From a virus, in IMG/VR virus record IMGVR_UViG_3300042544_000912, positions 32,001 to 96,000 of that record: a stretch of 64,000 nt of DNA, one strand, 5' to 3'. Positions 48,025 to 57,809 of the stretch are shown one piece after another. Under the pieces are notes generated by a model. That model saw only the letters and a list, made by a program, of their open reading frames with translations. It ran no database searches and was not told the DNA's origin. A program made the translations under genes and the position numbers. Positions within the stretch are counted from its first letter, which is position 1; the number at the start of each line of letters is the position of its first letter.

Positions 48025-48421
48025 GCAACTTCAAGAGCGCATCAACATGGCGAAAGCCAAGATGGGTGATGTCATCAAGGACTTCCAGGACTCCGATGCT
48101 CCTCAATTCAAAGGCAAGTCGGACGAAAAGCGCCGCCAGATGGCGATTGCAGCTAAGTTGTCCAACGAAGAAGTTGAACAGACCGACGAAGGTTATCACG
48201 TAATGCGTAATGGTCAATCAATCAGTTATCATCAAGATAAAGAATCGGCTGACAAGCGGGCAAGCGCCTCTAATATGCGTGGCGGTTCTAATGCTACCGT
48301 TGTTAAAGATGAACGCGGCGTTAAAGAAGAACTAAAGGGCGACCAACATAAGATTGACGCCAATAAGAATGGTAAAGTTGACGGGCACGATTTTAAACTT
48401 CTTCGCGCTAAGAAGAAATAA
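48011..48421 (+). CDS. Prohead core-region protein (gp68 position) with EF-hand-like loop
   Basis: DAPQFKGKS..KRRQMAIAA and DANKNGKVDGHD motifs; lies between gp67 and gp21. Confidence 0.5.
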   Translation: MTTYKQLQERINMAKAKMGDVIKDFQDSDAPQFKGKSDEKRRQMAIAAKLSNEEVEQTDEGYHVMRNGQSISYHQDKESADKRASASNMRGGSNATVVKDERGVKEELKGDQHKIDANKNGKVDGHDFKLLRAKKK

Positions 48422-48437
48422 GTAAAGGGAATAGTAA

Positions 48438-48815
48438 ATGGCAACGAAAACGGTACTAAAGTTAACACAAGTTCACGGCGTGGTCAAAGTGCGCGGGACT
48501 GGGAACGCCACTATTGCCCTTGCTACCGACCTAAAGAAGTCATCTGAAACACAGTCTTCACCCCTGGTGAATATTCGCACACTTCACTGGGCGTTGTCAG
48601 TAGGTTCTACTGCTACTATTACTAGAGACAGCGAAGTTCTATATTATCTTTCCGGTTCAGGCAAGATGGAATTTATGGGATGGTCAGATAACGAAGAAAA
48701 CGGATCAGATATTGTTGTAGATTTTTCGTCAGGAACTGGCGCAGTAGTTCTAGAACTTGCTAAGGTTTCCGGTTATGGCTCACAACAACATCAAAATCAA
48801 GGAGACCTAGGCTAA
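48438..48815 (+). CDS. Conserved hypothetical protein upstream of the prohead protease
   Basis: Intact 125-aa ORF coupled to gp21 (TAATG). Confidence 0.6.
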   Translation: MATKTVLKLTQVHGVVKVRGTGNATIALATDLKKSSETQSSPLVNIRTLHWALSVGSTATITRDSEVLYYLSGSGKMEFMGWSDNEENGSDIVVDFSSGTGAVVLELAKVSGYGSQQHQNQGDLG

Positions 48816-49471
48816 TGAAACTTATTACCGAAGTCAACGACCAAGTTCGTTATATCACAGAAGAGAAAGCTGGAAAGAAATCTTTATACATTGAGGGTGT
48901 CTTTCTACAATCAAATCTAAAGAACCGCAATGGACGTATGTATCCGGCTGAAATCATGGAGAAAGAGATTTCTCGTTACATGAAAGAAGCAGTTGAAAAC
49001 AACAGAGCATTCGGTGAACTAGGACACCCAGATGGGCCGTCGATTAATCTGGATCGTGTATCGCATATCGTAACAGAACTTCGTCGTGACGGCGATAACT
49101 GGATAGGTAAAGCGAAACTGACTGAAACACCAATGGGCAACATCGCTCGTGGTCTAATTGAGTCTGGTGGTCAACTTGGCGTTTCGTCAAGAGGCCTCGG
49201 TACCTTGAAGGAAAACAGAGACGGCGTCCAAGTTGTGCAAGATGACTTTCATCTTGCAACAGCAGCCGACATCGTAGCTGATCCTTCTGCACCAGATGCT
49301 TTTGTTCGTGGCATCATGGAAAATAAAGAATGGGTAGTTGTGAATGGTGTTTGGACCGAACAGCATTGCGATATGTCCAAGAAGTATATTAAGAAAGCAA
49401 GTAAGAAACAACTCGAAGAAGCAAAACTGCATGTCTTTGAACGTTTCTTACATCATCTTTCTTCAAAGTAA
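48815..49471 (+). CDS. gp21: Prohead core protease
   Basis: MKLITE start, YIEGVFLQS..KNRNGRMY, GELGHP, GVSSRG.G and DIVADPSAPDAFV motifs. Confidence 0.95.
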   Translation: MKLITEVNDQVRYITEEKAGKKSLYIEGVFLQSNLKNRNGRMYPAEIMEKEISRYMKEAVENNRAFGELGHPDGPSINLDRVSHIVTELRRDGDNWIGKAKLTETPMGNIARGLIESGGQLGVSSRGLGTLKENRDGVQVVQDDFHLATAADIVADPSAPDAFVRGIMENKEWVVVNGVWTEQHCDMSKKYIKKASKKQLEEAKLHVFERFLHHLSSK

Positions 49472-49477
49472 TATTTT

Positions 49478-49485
49478 TATAAATA
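49478..49485 (+). promoter_or_regulatory. Late promoter TATAAATA upstream of gp22
   Basis: Exact consensus, intergenic. Confidence 0.82.
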
Positions 49486-49514
49486 GAATATAAAAATCCA
49501 TTTAGGAGACGCAA

Positions 49515-50672
49515 ATGAGTGTAGAAAACAAAATCAGAGAGTTGCTAACTAAGAAGCAACTATCCGAAGAAGTTCTAGACGAAAAGGTTGCTGGAGACAC
49601 AACCAACCCTAAGCAGGGTTCGTCAGAAGATGCCGCAATCGAGGGCAAAATGGGCGCATCAAAGGGCAAGGATACTTCTATCGCAGCTAAGGTAGCTGGC
49701 GATCAGACGCAACCTCGTCAAGGTGATTCCCAAGACGCTCCAATTTCCAGCGAACGTGATGAAGAAACTGATAATCCAGGTGCTAAGGAAGCTGCTCCAG
49801 TTTCCAGCAACCAGGCTACACTTTCTCAGGGTGGTGCAGGTAATGCACCTAACTTCACGACCCATAGTGACCCAACTTCGGTTGTAAACATGGCATCGTC
49901 AAAGGGTAATGTTCATCAAGAAGAAACAGAGGAAGATGGCGAAATGATTGAAGAAGATTTCACTGCCGATCTCGCTACCCTCTTTGATGGTAACGAAGAC
50001 CTATCAGAAGAATTCCGTGGCAAAGCATCGTCGCTCTTTGAAGCAATGGTAACTGCCCGTGTAGCTAATCAAATTCAAACCATCGAGGAAGGCCTCATCT
50101 CAGAAGCCGCAGAATTGATGGAAGAGTTCAAGGCTGACTTGACCGAGAAGGTCGATTCTTATCTTAACTATGTAATTGAAAAGTGGGTTGAAGACAACGC
50201 ACTTGCTGTTGAAAATGGTCTCCGCACAGACATCGCGGAATCATTCATCAATGGCATGAAGAACCTGTTCGCAGAACATTATATTGATGTTCCCGAAGAG
50301 AAATATGATGTGCTTGGTGAAATGCAAGCCCAACTAGAAGAAGTATCTGCTAAGTTGGACGAGGCAATTGCTGCAAATGTAGAACTGCACAATAACAATG
50401 TAGACCTCATGAAGGAAGGCGTTTTCGCCGTCGTTGCTGAGGACCTTGCAAAGACCGATGCTGAAAAGTTTAAGTCGTTGGTAGCTGATGTAGAATTCGA
50501 GAACGCAGACATTTTTGAAGAAAAGCTAAACGTCATCAAGGAAAATTATTTCCCTGCTTTTAAGTCGACCATTGTGGAAGACAAGCTAGAAGATGAAGGC
50601 GTTGAAGTCTTAGACGAATCGACAGTCAGTAAGTATGTCCAAGCACTGGATAAGATTGCTGCTCAAAAGTAA
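49515..50672 (+). CDS. gp22: Prohead scaffold protein
   Basis: LSEEFRGKA..LFEA, VDSYLNYVIEKW, ENGLRTDIAESF..GMKNLF.EHYIDVP and IKENYF motifs. Confidence 0.9.
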   Translation: MSVENKIRELLTKKQLSEEVLDEKVAGDTTNPKQGSSEDAAIEGKMGASKGKDTSIAAKVAGDQTQPRQGDSQDAPISSERDEETDNPGAKEAAPVSSNQATLSQGGAGNAPNFTTHSDPTSVVNMASSKGNVHQEETEEDGEMIEEDFTADLATLFDGNEDLSEEFRGKASSLFEAMVTARVANQIQTIEEGLISEAAELMEEFKADLTEKVDSYLNYVIEKWVEDNALAVENGLRTDIAESFINGMKNLFAEHYIDVPEEKYDVLGEMQAQLEEVSAKLDEAIAANVELHNNNVDLMKEGVFAVVAEDLAKTDAEKFKSLVADVEFENADIFEEKLNVIKENYFPAFKSTIVEDKLEDEGVEVLDESTVSKYVQALDKIAAQK

Positions 50673-50677
50673 TTTTT

Positions 50678-50685
50678 TATAAATA
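50678..50685 (+). promoter_or_regulatory. Late promoter TATAAATA upstream of gp23
   Basis: Exact consensus, intergenic. Confidence 0.85.
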
Positions 50686-50715
50686 AAAGATATTGACACA
50701 CAAGGAGAAAACTAA

Positions 50716-52008
50716 ATGTTTCTTTCAGAACAACTACAAAAGAAGTGGGAACCTGTTCTAAATCACGGCGGTCTCGGCGAGATTAAGGACAACTACCGTC
50801 GCGCAGTTACAGCCGTCGTTCTTGAAAACCAAGAAAAGGCCCTTCGCGAAGAAAAGTCTGCACTTTTCGAAGACGCTCCAGCAAATAACATTGCTGGTTC
50901 GGGTGCATCAAACATCGACCGTTATGACCCAATTCTCATCTCGCTCGTTCGTCGCGCTCTTCCTAACCTAATGGCTTATGACGTAGCTGGCGTTCAGCCG
51001 ATGACTGGCCCAACTGGCTTGATCTTCGCTATGAAGTCAAACTACAGCACACAAGACGGCACAGAAGCTCTCTTCAACGAAGCTGATACAGACTTCTCGG
51101 GTACTGGTACCCACGATGGTTCGAACCCAGTTGACGGTACCTACACAACTGGTACTGGCTTGGCTACTTCTGCGGCAGAACGTCTCGGCGCAGGCGGCGA
51201 AGGTGACGGCGATTTCGGCGAAATGGCATTCAGCATCGAAAAGACAACTGTTACTGCTAAGACACGCGCTCTAAAGGCAGAATACACAGTTGAACTGGCA
51301 CAGGATCTTAAGGCTATTCACGGTCTTGATGCTGAATCAGAACTTTCGAATATTCTTTCGCAAGAAATTCTAAACGAAATCAACCGCGAAGTTATCCGCA
51401 CAATCTACAAGGTTGCTAAGACAGGCGCTGCTTCAACAGCAACAGCTGGTACTTTCGACCTTGACGTTGACTCGAACGGTCGTTGGAGCGTTGAGCGTTT
51501 CAAGGGTCTTCTGTTCAACATCGAACGTGACGCTAACGTAATCGCACAAGATACCCGTCGTGGTAAGGGTAACTTCATCATCTGTTCGTCAGATGTTGCG
51601 GCTGCTCTAGCTATGGCTGGTGTTCTTGACACTGGTCGCGCCCTACAAGGTTCGCCAACTCTTGAGTCGGACGACACAGGCAACACCTTCGTTGGTACAA
51701 TCGGTGGTAAGAAGGTTTACATCGACCCTTACTCAGCTAACACAGGCGCTGCTAGCCAGTTCTACGTTGTTGGTTATAAGGGCGCTACAGCATATGATGC
51801 TGGTCTCTTCTATTGCCCATACGTTCCACTACAAATGGTTCGTGCTATCGACCCTAACAGCTTCCAGCCAAAGATTGGCTTCAAGACACGTTACGGCATG
51901 ATTGCTAACCCATACGTAACACAGTCGAACGGCACAACTGACGGTGATACATTCACTGCCAACCGCAACCAATACTATCGTCGCGTTAAGGTTACTAACC
52001 TTATGTAA
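50716..52008 (+). CDS. gp23: Major capsid protein
   Basis: KKWEPVL, DPILISLVRR, QPMTGPTGLIFAM, RALKAEYTVELAQDLKAIHGLDAE and QPKIGFKTRYG motifs. Confidence 0.97.
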   Translation: MFLSEQLQKKWEPVLNHGGLGEIKDNYRRAVTAVVLENQEKALREEKSALFEDAPANNIAGSGASNIDRYDPILISLVRRALPNLMAYDVAGVQPMTGPTGLIFAMKSNYSTQDGTEALFNEADTDFSGTGTHDGSNPVDGTYTTGTGLATSAAERLGAGGEGDGDFGEMAFSIEKTTVTAKTRALKAEYTVELAQDLKAIHGLDAESELSNILSQEILNEINREVIRTIYKVAKTGAASTATAGTFDLDVDSNGRWSVERFKGLLFNIERDANVIAQDTRRGKGNFIICSSDVAAALAMAGVLDTGRALQGSPTLESDDTGNTFVGTIGGKKVYIDPYSANTGAASQFYVVGYKGATAYDAGLFYCPYVPLQMVRAIDPNSFQPKIGFKTRYGMIANPYVTQSNGTTDGDTFTANRNQYYRRVKVTNLM

Positions 52009-52046
52009 TCGATACCTTCCCATTAGAGGAAGGGTTGCAAGAAACT

Positions 52047-52075
52047 GGGGGGAGCAGAAATGCTCTCCCCTTTTT
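52047..52075 (+). terminator. Intrinsic terminator after gp23
   Basis: GGGGGGAGCA-GAAA-TGCTCTCCCC stem-loop (one G-U pair) followed by TTTTT. Confidence 0.85.
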
Positions 52076-52078
52076 CGT

Positions 52079-52086
52079 TATAAATA
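52079..52086 (+). promoter_or_regulatory. Late promoter TATAAATA upstream of gp3
   Basis: Exact consensus right after the terminator. Confidence 0.82.
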
Positions 52087-52102
52087 ATAGACGGAGAAAG
52101 AT

Positions 52103-52639
52103 ATGTCAAGACGAACTTTAGATAAACCTGAGACTTTAAATTATCTGAAACCAAATGGTTTTCAGTTTAATATCGACACGCTTCCTAATGTATCGTTCTT
52201 TTGCCAGTCGGCAAACATACCTGCATTGTCAATCGGTAACGCATATATTGCCAACCCGTTAGTAGACTTCACTGTTCCTGGCACCAATCTTACGTATGAT
52301 GAATTGACCATAAAGTTTATCGTTCAAGAAAACTTCCAAAACTATATTGAGTTGCACGATTGGTTAATTGGTCTAGGCTTTCCAGAAGAGCGAAATCAGT
52401 ATAAACAATTTAAACAAGCCAGAGGCGGTACTGAAAAAGGATTTAGCAGCTCCGGGGATTATTCAGACGGAACATTGGTTGTTCTAGATTCCGATCTAAA
52501 TAAAACAATGGAAATCAAATTCATTGATTGTTATCCAACAACTTTACAGGGGTTGGAATTTGATATCAGTGATGGTAATGCACAATATTTAACCGCACAG
52601 GTCACTTTTAGATATACGATGTATAAGTTTGTTCAATAA
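52103..52639 (+). CDS. gp3: Tail completion and sheath stabiliser
   Basis: NYLKPNGFQF, SFFCQSANIP, YIELHDWL.GLGFP and YPTTL..LEFD..YLTA.VTFRY motifs. Confidence 0.88.
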   Translation: MSRRTLDKPETLNYLKPNGFQFNIDTLPNVSFFCQSANIPALSIGNAYIANPLVDFTVPGTNLTYDELTIKFIVQENFQNYIELHDWLIGLGFPEERNQYKQFKQARGGTEKGFSSSGDYSDGTLVVLDSDLNKTMEIKFIDCYPTTLQGLEFDISDGNAQYLTAQVTFRYTMYKFVQ

Positions 52640-52655
52640 CTATTGAGGTTTTATT

Positions 52656-53096
52656 ATGAAATTATCAGAAGTCCAAGAAATGTGGACAGGCGATTCTAAA
52701 ATAGATGAGTTAAATCTAGGTAGAGAATCCACTAAAACACCAGAATTACATGCAAAGTATTTGAATATTCTTTCGAATACTAAACTGCAACTGCGAAAAG
52801 CAGAAGCGGATTACTATCGTCTACGGCGTGATAAAGGTAAATACTTTCGCGGTGAAATGACGCTAGATGAACTACAGGATAAAGGCTGGGACCAGTATCA
52901 AGGTCTAAAGCCATTGAAGCATGACATGGAAGACCGCATCAATTGTGATGAAGATATCATTCGCGCAATGGATAAAGTGGAATATGTGAAAGCCCTACTC
53001 TACCAGCTGGAGCAAATTATACGCTCACTAAATAGTAGAACATGGGATATTAAGAATGCCATTGAGTGGACTAAATTTACAAACGGACTAATGTGA
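52656..53096 (+). CDS. uvsY: Recombination mediator
   Basis: W..DSKID..NL..ES..TPELHAKYL and IKNAIEW motifs; precedes uvsW. Confidence 0.88.
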   Translation: MKLSEVQEMWTGDSKIDELNLGRESTKTPELHAKYLNILSNTKLQLRKAEADYYRLRRDKGKYFRGEMTLDELQDKGWDQYQGLKPLKHDMEDRINCDEDIIRAMDKVEYVKALLYQLEQIIRSLNSRTWDIKNAIEWTKFTNGLM

Positions 53097-54574
53097 GTGA
53101 TTTAACAGTTTCCAAAAAAAATGAAGTGCATCTAAAGGTCGATTGTGACCCCGGTATTGCACAAGAAATAAACGATTACTTCACTTTTGAAGTCCCGGGT
53201 GCACGTTTCATGCCAACGTATCGCGCCAAACTTTGGGATGGTAAAGCCAGACTGTTCAATATCTGGACAAAAGAACTCTATGTTGGCCTATTACCATATC
53301 TCAGAGAATTTGCGGAAAGACTAGACTATACCGTAGACGTTGATATGGAACGTATCGGGGACCCAGTCACTATAGAGGATGTGCAGAAGTTTGCGGAATC
53401 GTTGAACCTACATAGCCAAGATAAACCGATTGAGACTAGAGACTACCAGTTAGAAGCGGTCAAATATGCTATTCGCATCGGTCGCACGTTGCTGCTATCA
53501 CCTACCGCATCTGGTAAGTCGCTCATCATCTATCTGCTAATGCGTTACCATCAACAGTTTGGCCGCAAACAACTTATCATTGTTCCCACGACATCACTCG
53601 TTGAACAAATGTATAAGGACTTCCAAGACTACGCATCACACACAGACTGGTACGTATCTCAGAACTGCGCCAAGATTTATGCTGGGCATGAAAAATCAAA
53701 CGAAGCATCTATTGTAATTTCCACCTGGCAGTCCATCTATAAGCTACCGAAAAAATTCTTTGATGAGTTTGATGTAATCTATGGCGATGAAGCGCATTTG
53801 TTTAAAGCAAAGTCGCTAACATCTATCTTTGATAAATGCGTTAACACAAAGTATCGCATCGGTACCACCGGAACATTAGATGGAATGAAGACCCATAAAC
53901 TCATTCTTGAGGGTCTATTCGGTAAAGTTAAAAAAGTTATCTCGACTAAGGAACTGATGGACCAAGGCTCAGTGGCTGACCTGGATATTCACTGTATTCT
54001 TCTAGACTACACAGACGAAGAAAAGAAGGCACTAAAGACCTACACATATCAAGAAGAAATGGACTGGCTGGTTACTCACCCCAAGCGCAACAATGTTATT
54101 AAGAACCTAGCCACAACTCAAACAGGCAACACGCTTGTTCTGTTTCAGTTTGTTGAAAAGCATGGCCAAGTTTTGTATGACTTGATTGACAATAAGGTTG
54201 GAGATACTCGCCAAGTTTTCTTTGTTCACGGTGGAACTGATACGCAACAGCGAGAAGCCATTAGAGATATCACGGAAAAAGAAAAAGACGCTATCATCAT
54301 AGCGTCCTACGGCACGTTTTCAACGGGTATAAATATAAGAAATCTGCACAACGTCATCTTTGCATCACCTTCTAAATCGCGCATCCGAAATTTACAGTCG
54401 ATTGGTAGAGGACTTCGAAAGGGTACCGACAAAGCAATGTGTAGACTATTTGACATCGGGGATGACCTAACATGGAAGAGCCGAAAGAACTATACTCTTT
54501 CCCATATGGTGGAAAGAATTAAGATATATAATGAAGAAGGTTTCAACTACAAACTGGTGAGAATACAGCTATGA
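53093..54574 (+). CDS. uvsW: DNA helicase
   Basis: WDGKARLF, SPTASGKS, DEAH and LQSIGRGLR motifs. Confidence 0.95.
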   Translation: MSDLTVSKKNEVHLKVDCDPGIAQEINDYFTFEVPGARFMPTYRAKLWDGKARLFNIWTKELYVGLLPYLREFAERLDYTVDVDMERIGDPVTIEDVQKFAESLNLHSQDKPIETRDYQLEAVKYAIRIGRTLLLSPTASGKSLIIYLLMRYHQQFGRKQLIIVPTTSLVEQMYKDFQDYASHTDWYVSQNCAKIYAGHEKSNEASIVISTWQSIYKLPKKFFDEFDVIYGDEAHLFKAKSLTSIFDKCVNTKYRIGTTGTLDGMKTHKLILEGLFGKVKKVISTKELMDQGSVADLDIHCILLDYTDEEKKALKTYTYQEEMDWLVTHPKRNNVIKNLATTQTGNTLVLFQFVEKHGQVLYDLIDNKVGDTRQVFFVHGGTDTQQREAIRDITEKEKDAIIIASYGTFSTGINIRNLHNVIFASPSKSRIRNLQSIGRGLRKGTDKAMCRLFDIGDDLTWKSRKNYTLSHMVERIKIYNEEGFNYKLVRIQL

Positions 54575-54936
54575 CCGATGTGACTGTTCTAAGATTAAAA
54601 AATGGCGAAACACTCATTGCAGGTGTTCGCCAAGCAGATGATAATAATTATTGGGTAGATGACCCGATTGCCGTTGTCCCTGTTCAAGTAACTCACGAGG
54701 GAGTAAGCGGAGAAACATTTCTCTTGAAGCCCTGGATTGGAATTTCACCGGATAAAAGTTTTCTTTTGGGTGTCGGGGAGATACTCACCTCGGGTTCACT
54801 AAAAGAAAATCTGCTACAGCAATACCTAATGTATATCGGCAACGATACGGCCGAGCCAGTCAACGACATTGAAGACTTTGATGAGATGGAAATGCTTCAA
54901 GCAAGAATACTAAGAAGCAAAGGATTACTTAATTGA
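54571..54936 (+). CDS. Conserved hypothetical protein (Sm-like beta fold suspected)
   Basis: VLRLKNGETLIA..DPI..LKPW pattern; usual position between uvsW and gp55. Confidence 0.55.
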   Translation: MTDVTVLRLKNGETLIAGVRQADDNNYWVDDPIAVVPVQVTHEGVSGETFLLKPWIGISPDKSFLLGVGEILTSGSLKENLLQQYLMYIGNDTAEPVNDIEDFDEMEMLQARILRSKGLLN

Positions 54937-55011
54937 AGTTATTCTTGAAGAGCTACACTCTTCTTATACACCAAGAATCGCTATATGTAAATACTTTTTT
55001 CAATAAAAATG

Positions 55012-55040
55012 TTGCTATATACAAAAAAATGTAGTATAAC
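55012..55040 (+). promoter_or_regulatory. Candidate sigma70 promoter for gp55 (TTGCTA-17-TATAAC)
   Basis: Read in the AT-rich intergenic gap 24 nt before the ATG. Confidence 0.5.
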
Positions 55041-55064
55041 AAATTATATCATGATGGAGGCCAA

Positions 55065-55649
55065 ATGGTCAAGAATAGAAAAAATAATGTTCACTACGTA
55101 GATAACGCTTTGTTTCTAGAAAAGATTACAGAGTATAGAGAACAGGTGCTGGCGGCCAAAGCTCAGCCTGATTATGACCGTAGTAAGAAACCTCGCGTGC
55201 CTAATTATCTAGGTGAATGCTTCCTTAAGATTGCCAATCACTTGGCATATAAATCTAACTTCATCAATTATACCTATCGCGAGGAAATGATTCTTGATGG
55301 TATTGAAAACTGCATTACTTACATCGATAACTTCGATCCTGCTAAGTCTAAGAACCCCTTTGCTTACTTCACACAGATTACGTATTATGCCTTCTTACGC
55401 CGTATTGCGAAAGAGAAAAAGCAACAGGCCGCGAAGTATAGATACATCCGCAATCTAGATGTCCATGATTTAATCACGCAAGATCACGATGGTGGTGATT
55501 ATGGTAATGAGTTTATTGACTATCTTAAAAAGACAATTGACCTGGTAGAAGACTTTGATAAGCCTGCCGAAGTCAGTAATATTCCAAAACGCCGCCCAAA
55601 ATATCTGGACAAACAAAAAACTGTTGACTCGGGACTAGATTTAGAGTAA
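55065..55649 (+). CDS. gp55: Late-transcription sigma factor
   Basis: HYVDNA.F, YLGECFLKIA, NFINYTYREEMILDGIENC and NPFAYFTQI motifs. Confidence 0.95.
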   Translation: MVKNRKNNVHYVDNALFLEKITEYREQVLAAKAQPDYDRSKKPRVPNYLGECFLKIANHLAYKSNFINYTYREEMILDGIENCITYIDNFDPAKSKNPFAYFTQITYYAFLRRIAKEKKQQAAKYRYIRNLDVHDLITQDHDGGDYGNEFIDYLKKTIDLVEDFDKPAEVSNIPKRRPKYLDKQKTVDSGLDLE

Positions 55650-55682
55650 TATGTAAACATAACTCTAATCGAAAGGCTTATT

Positions 55683-56036
55683 ATGACTGATATAAACAAT
55701 CTCAAAATCTCGACACCTGGTGCAAAGACGTTTCTTTCCGAAAACTGGTTCCCTCTCTCCATGTTCGGTGTTGTTGCTCTTGGTCTGGTTTCTGTTCTTT
55801 CTAATGTAGCAGAACACCGCGAAGAAGTGCAGACAATTTCGGTACAGAACGCTGGCTGCATCTATCTTGAATCTTCCAAGTTAGGTGAAGGCCAACACTA
55901 TATGATTTGTAATGGCCAAATTACACTAAAGCGAGTCGCTGATGGTGAACAGACTGACCCCGAACAGGCTCTAGAAGAAGCCATTCCCACAGAAGCGGCC
56001 GCTGCAACTAATACAACTGCGCCGCCTACTAAGTAA
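55683..56036 (+). CDS. Hypothetical single-pass membrane protein
   Basis: Hydrophobic WFPLSMFGVVALGLVSVL segment; two Cys pair candidates in the soluble part. Confidence 0.55.
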   Translation: MTDINNLKISTPGAKTFLSENWFPLSMFGVVALGLVSVLSNVAEHREEVQTISVQNAGCIYLESSKLGEGQHYMICNGQITLKRVADGEQTDPEQALEEAIPTEAAAATNTTAPPTK

Positions 56037-56044
56037 GGTGAAAT

Positions 56045-56221
56045 ATGAGTAAGGAACTTATTGTTCCTGCAATCGTCCAGCAGATGGTCGATAGTATGCA
56101 GGACAAGGCAACGCCGTCTAATATCAGACATAACTATATGGTCACGATTGAAAATATTCGAGACTATTGCGATAAGGCATTGGCACAATATGCAAAAGAT
56201 AATGGATTAAAGCGTAAATGA
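56045..56221 (+). CDS. 58-aa hypothetical protein (not in the ORF track)
   Basis: MSKELIVPAIVQQMVDSMQDK...GLKRK translated by hand; AAGGTG RBS; ATGA overlap with the next gene. Confidence 0.65.
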   Translation: MSKELIVPAIVQQMVDSMQDKATPSNIRHNYMVTIENIRDYCDKALAQYAKDNGLKRK

Positions 56222-56757
56222 AAGTAACTGATCCTAATACCGTTCATGTAATGATTGACTTGGAAACTCTTTCGACAAGAGCCAATGCGACCATTCTTTC
56301 TATTGGTGCTACCAAGTTCACTATCGGTGAAGGTATTATCGATAAGTTCTACTGTAACATTGATGCTAAATCTTGTAAGACTGCTGGGCTTCATGTTGAT
56401 AAGTCTACCATTGAATGGTGGATGCAGCAAAGCCCTGCAGCAAGAGACGCACTTCTTACCGACCAACTACCTCTGGCGGATGCATTGCAAAGTTTTTCTG
56501 ACTGGATTGGCAGAGACAAGGTAATGCCGTGGGGTAATGGCGCTTCGTTTGATATCAGTATCATGGAGTCTGCCTATCAAGCCGTTAGTCTTCCTTATCC
56601 TTGGCGCTACAGTAACATCATGTGTTATCGCACCGTTATGAATCTTATGGGTCTAAGCAATGCTAAGATTCGTGCAGCCGAAAATGACACGCATCACCAT
56701 GCTCTTGATGATGCTATCAGCCAGACCAATACTTTACTTGGAATTCTAAAGTCATGA
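56218..56757 (+). CDS. DEDDh 3'-5' exonuclease (DexA/Rv2179c-like)
   Basis: HVMIDLETL, WGNGASFD, YRT and HHALDDA motifs. Confidence 0.85.
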   Translation: MKVTDPNTVHVMIDLETLSTRANATILSIGATKFTIGEGIIDKFYCNIDAKSCKTAGLHVDKSTIEWWMQQSPAARDALLTDQLPLADALQSFSDWIGRDKVMPWGNGASFDISIMESAYQAVSLPYPWRYSNIMCYRTVMNLMGLSNAKIRAAENDTHHHALDDAISQTNTLLGILKS

Positions 56758-57809
56758 AAATTGCGTTGATTACGGACACGCACTTCGGTGCTAGGTCAGA
56801 TTCCATCCCGTTCGATAACTTCTTTGCGAAGTTCTACACAGAAACATTCTTCCCCCATTTGGAACGAGAAGGTATCAAGACTATCATTCACTTGGGTGAT
56901 GTCTTTGATAGGCGCAAGTTTATAAATTATAATACGTTGAAGAAATGCCGCGAGTATTTCTTTGACAGAACCAGTGATTTGGGTATCGATGTCCATATGA
57001 TTGCTGGTAATCACGATACTTTCTTCAAGAATACTAATGATGTAAACTCTCTGGACCTTCTTCTCCGTGAGTATGAGAACATCATTACATATTCAGAAGC
57101 AGAAGAAATCAGATTAGACGGAAAGAATCTACTGCTTGTTCCATGGATTTGTTCGGGCAACTATGCAGAAACTATGGAGGTAGTAAAGAAAAGCAATGCA
57201 CAAGCAGTATTTGGACACTTTGAGTTTTCAGGTTTCGAAATGTATCGTGGGCATAAAAATGACCATGGAATGGACACTGTTGACTTTGATAGATTTCCTC
57301 TCGTTTGCAGCGGTCATTTCCATCATCGCAGTCGGTCTGGTAACATTGTCTATCTTGGTAATACCTATGAGTTTACTTGGAGCGATTATAATGATCCAAG
57401 AGGGTATCACATCTATGATACGGAAACGAATGAGATAGAATTTCATGAGAACCCATTTAAAATCTTTCATAAAATCTATTATGATGACACTACTGGTGAC
57501 CCTAGTTTGCTTGATCTTAGCGCACTTGTGGGGAGTTGCGTTCGGTTAGTTGTCGTAAAGAAAACCGACTTCTATAAGTTTGACCGCTTTGTAGATAAGT
57601 TGTATGACCTAAATCTCATCGAACTAAAAATCGTTGAAGACTTTTCCGAGTTTGAAACAGAAGCTATGGAAGATGAAGAAATGAATATCGAAGATACTAT
57701 GACTGTTCTTTCTGACTTCGTTGACACTATTCAAACCGATCTAGAAAAGAACCGTATTAAGTCTATTCTCCAGACACTCTATGTTGAGGCACAGAACGTT
57801 ACTGTATGA
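56754..57809 (+). CDS. gp47: Recombination endonuclease subunit (Mre11/SbcD-like)
   Basis: ITDTHFG, HLGDVFDRR, AGNHD, GHFE and SGHFH motifs. Confidence 0.95.
   Translation: MKIALITDTHFGARSDSIPFDNFFAKFYTETFFPHLEREGIKTIIHLGDVFDRRKFINYNTLKKCREYFFDRTSDLGIDVHMIAGNHDTFFKNTNDVNSLDLLLREYENIITYSEAEEIRLDGKNLLLVPWICSGNYAETMEVVKKSNAQAVFGHFEFSGFEMYRGHKNDHGMDTVDFDRFPLVCSGHFHHRSRSGNIVYLGNTYEFTWSDYNDPRGYHIYDTETNEIEFHENPFKIFHKIYYDDTTGDPSLLDLSALVGSCVRLVVVKKTDFYKFDRFVDKLYDLNLIELKIVEDFSEFETEAMEDEEMNIEDTMTVLSDFVDTIQTDLEKNRIKSILQTLYVEAQNVTV

Noticed and set aside
50693-50721. TTGACA upstream of gp23
   Set aside because: No TAnnnT -10 at 16-18 nt; the late promoter at 50678 suffices
52015-52034. Small CCTTCC/GGAAGG hairpin after gp23
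   Set aside because: Short stem with no U-tract; the stronger terminator follows 13 nt later
54328-54335. TATAAATA inside uvsW
   Set aside because: Encodes the conserved GINI helicase motif; chance 8-mers are expected in AT-rich DNA
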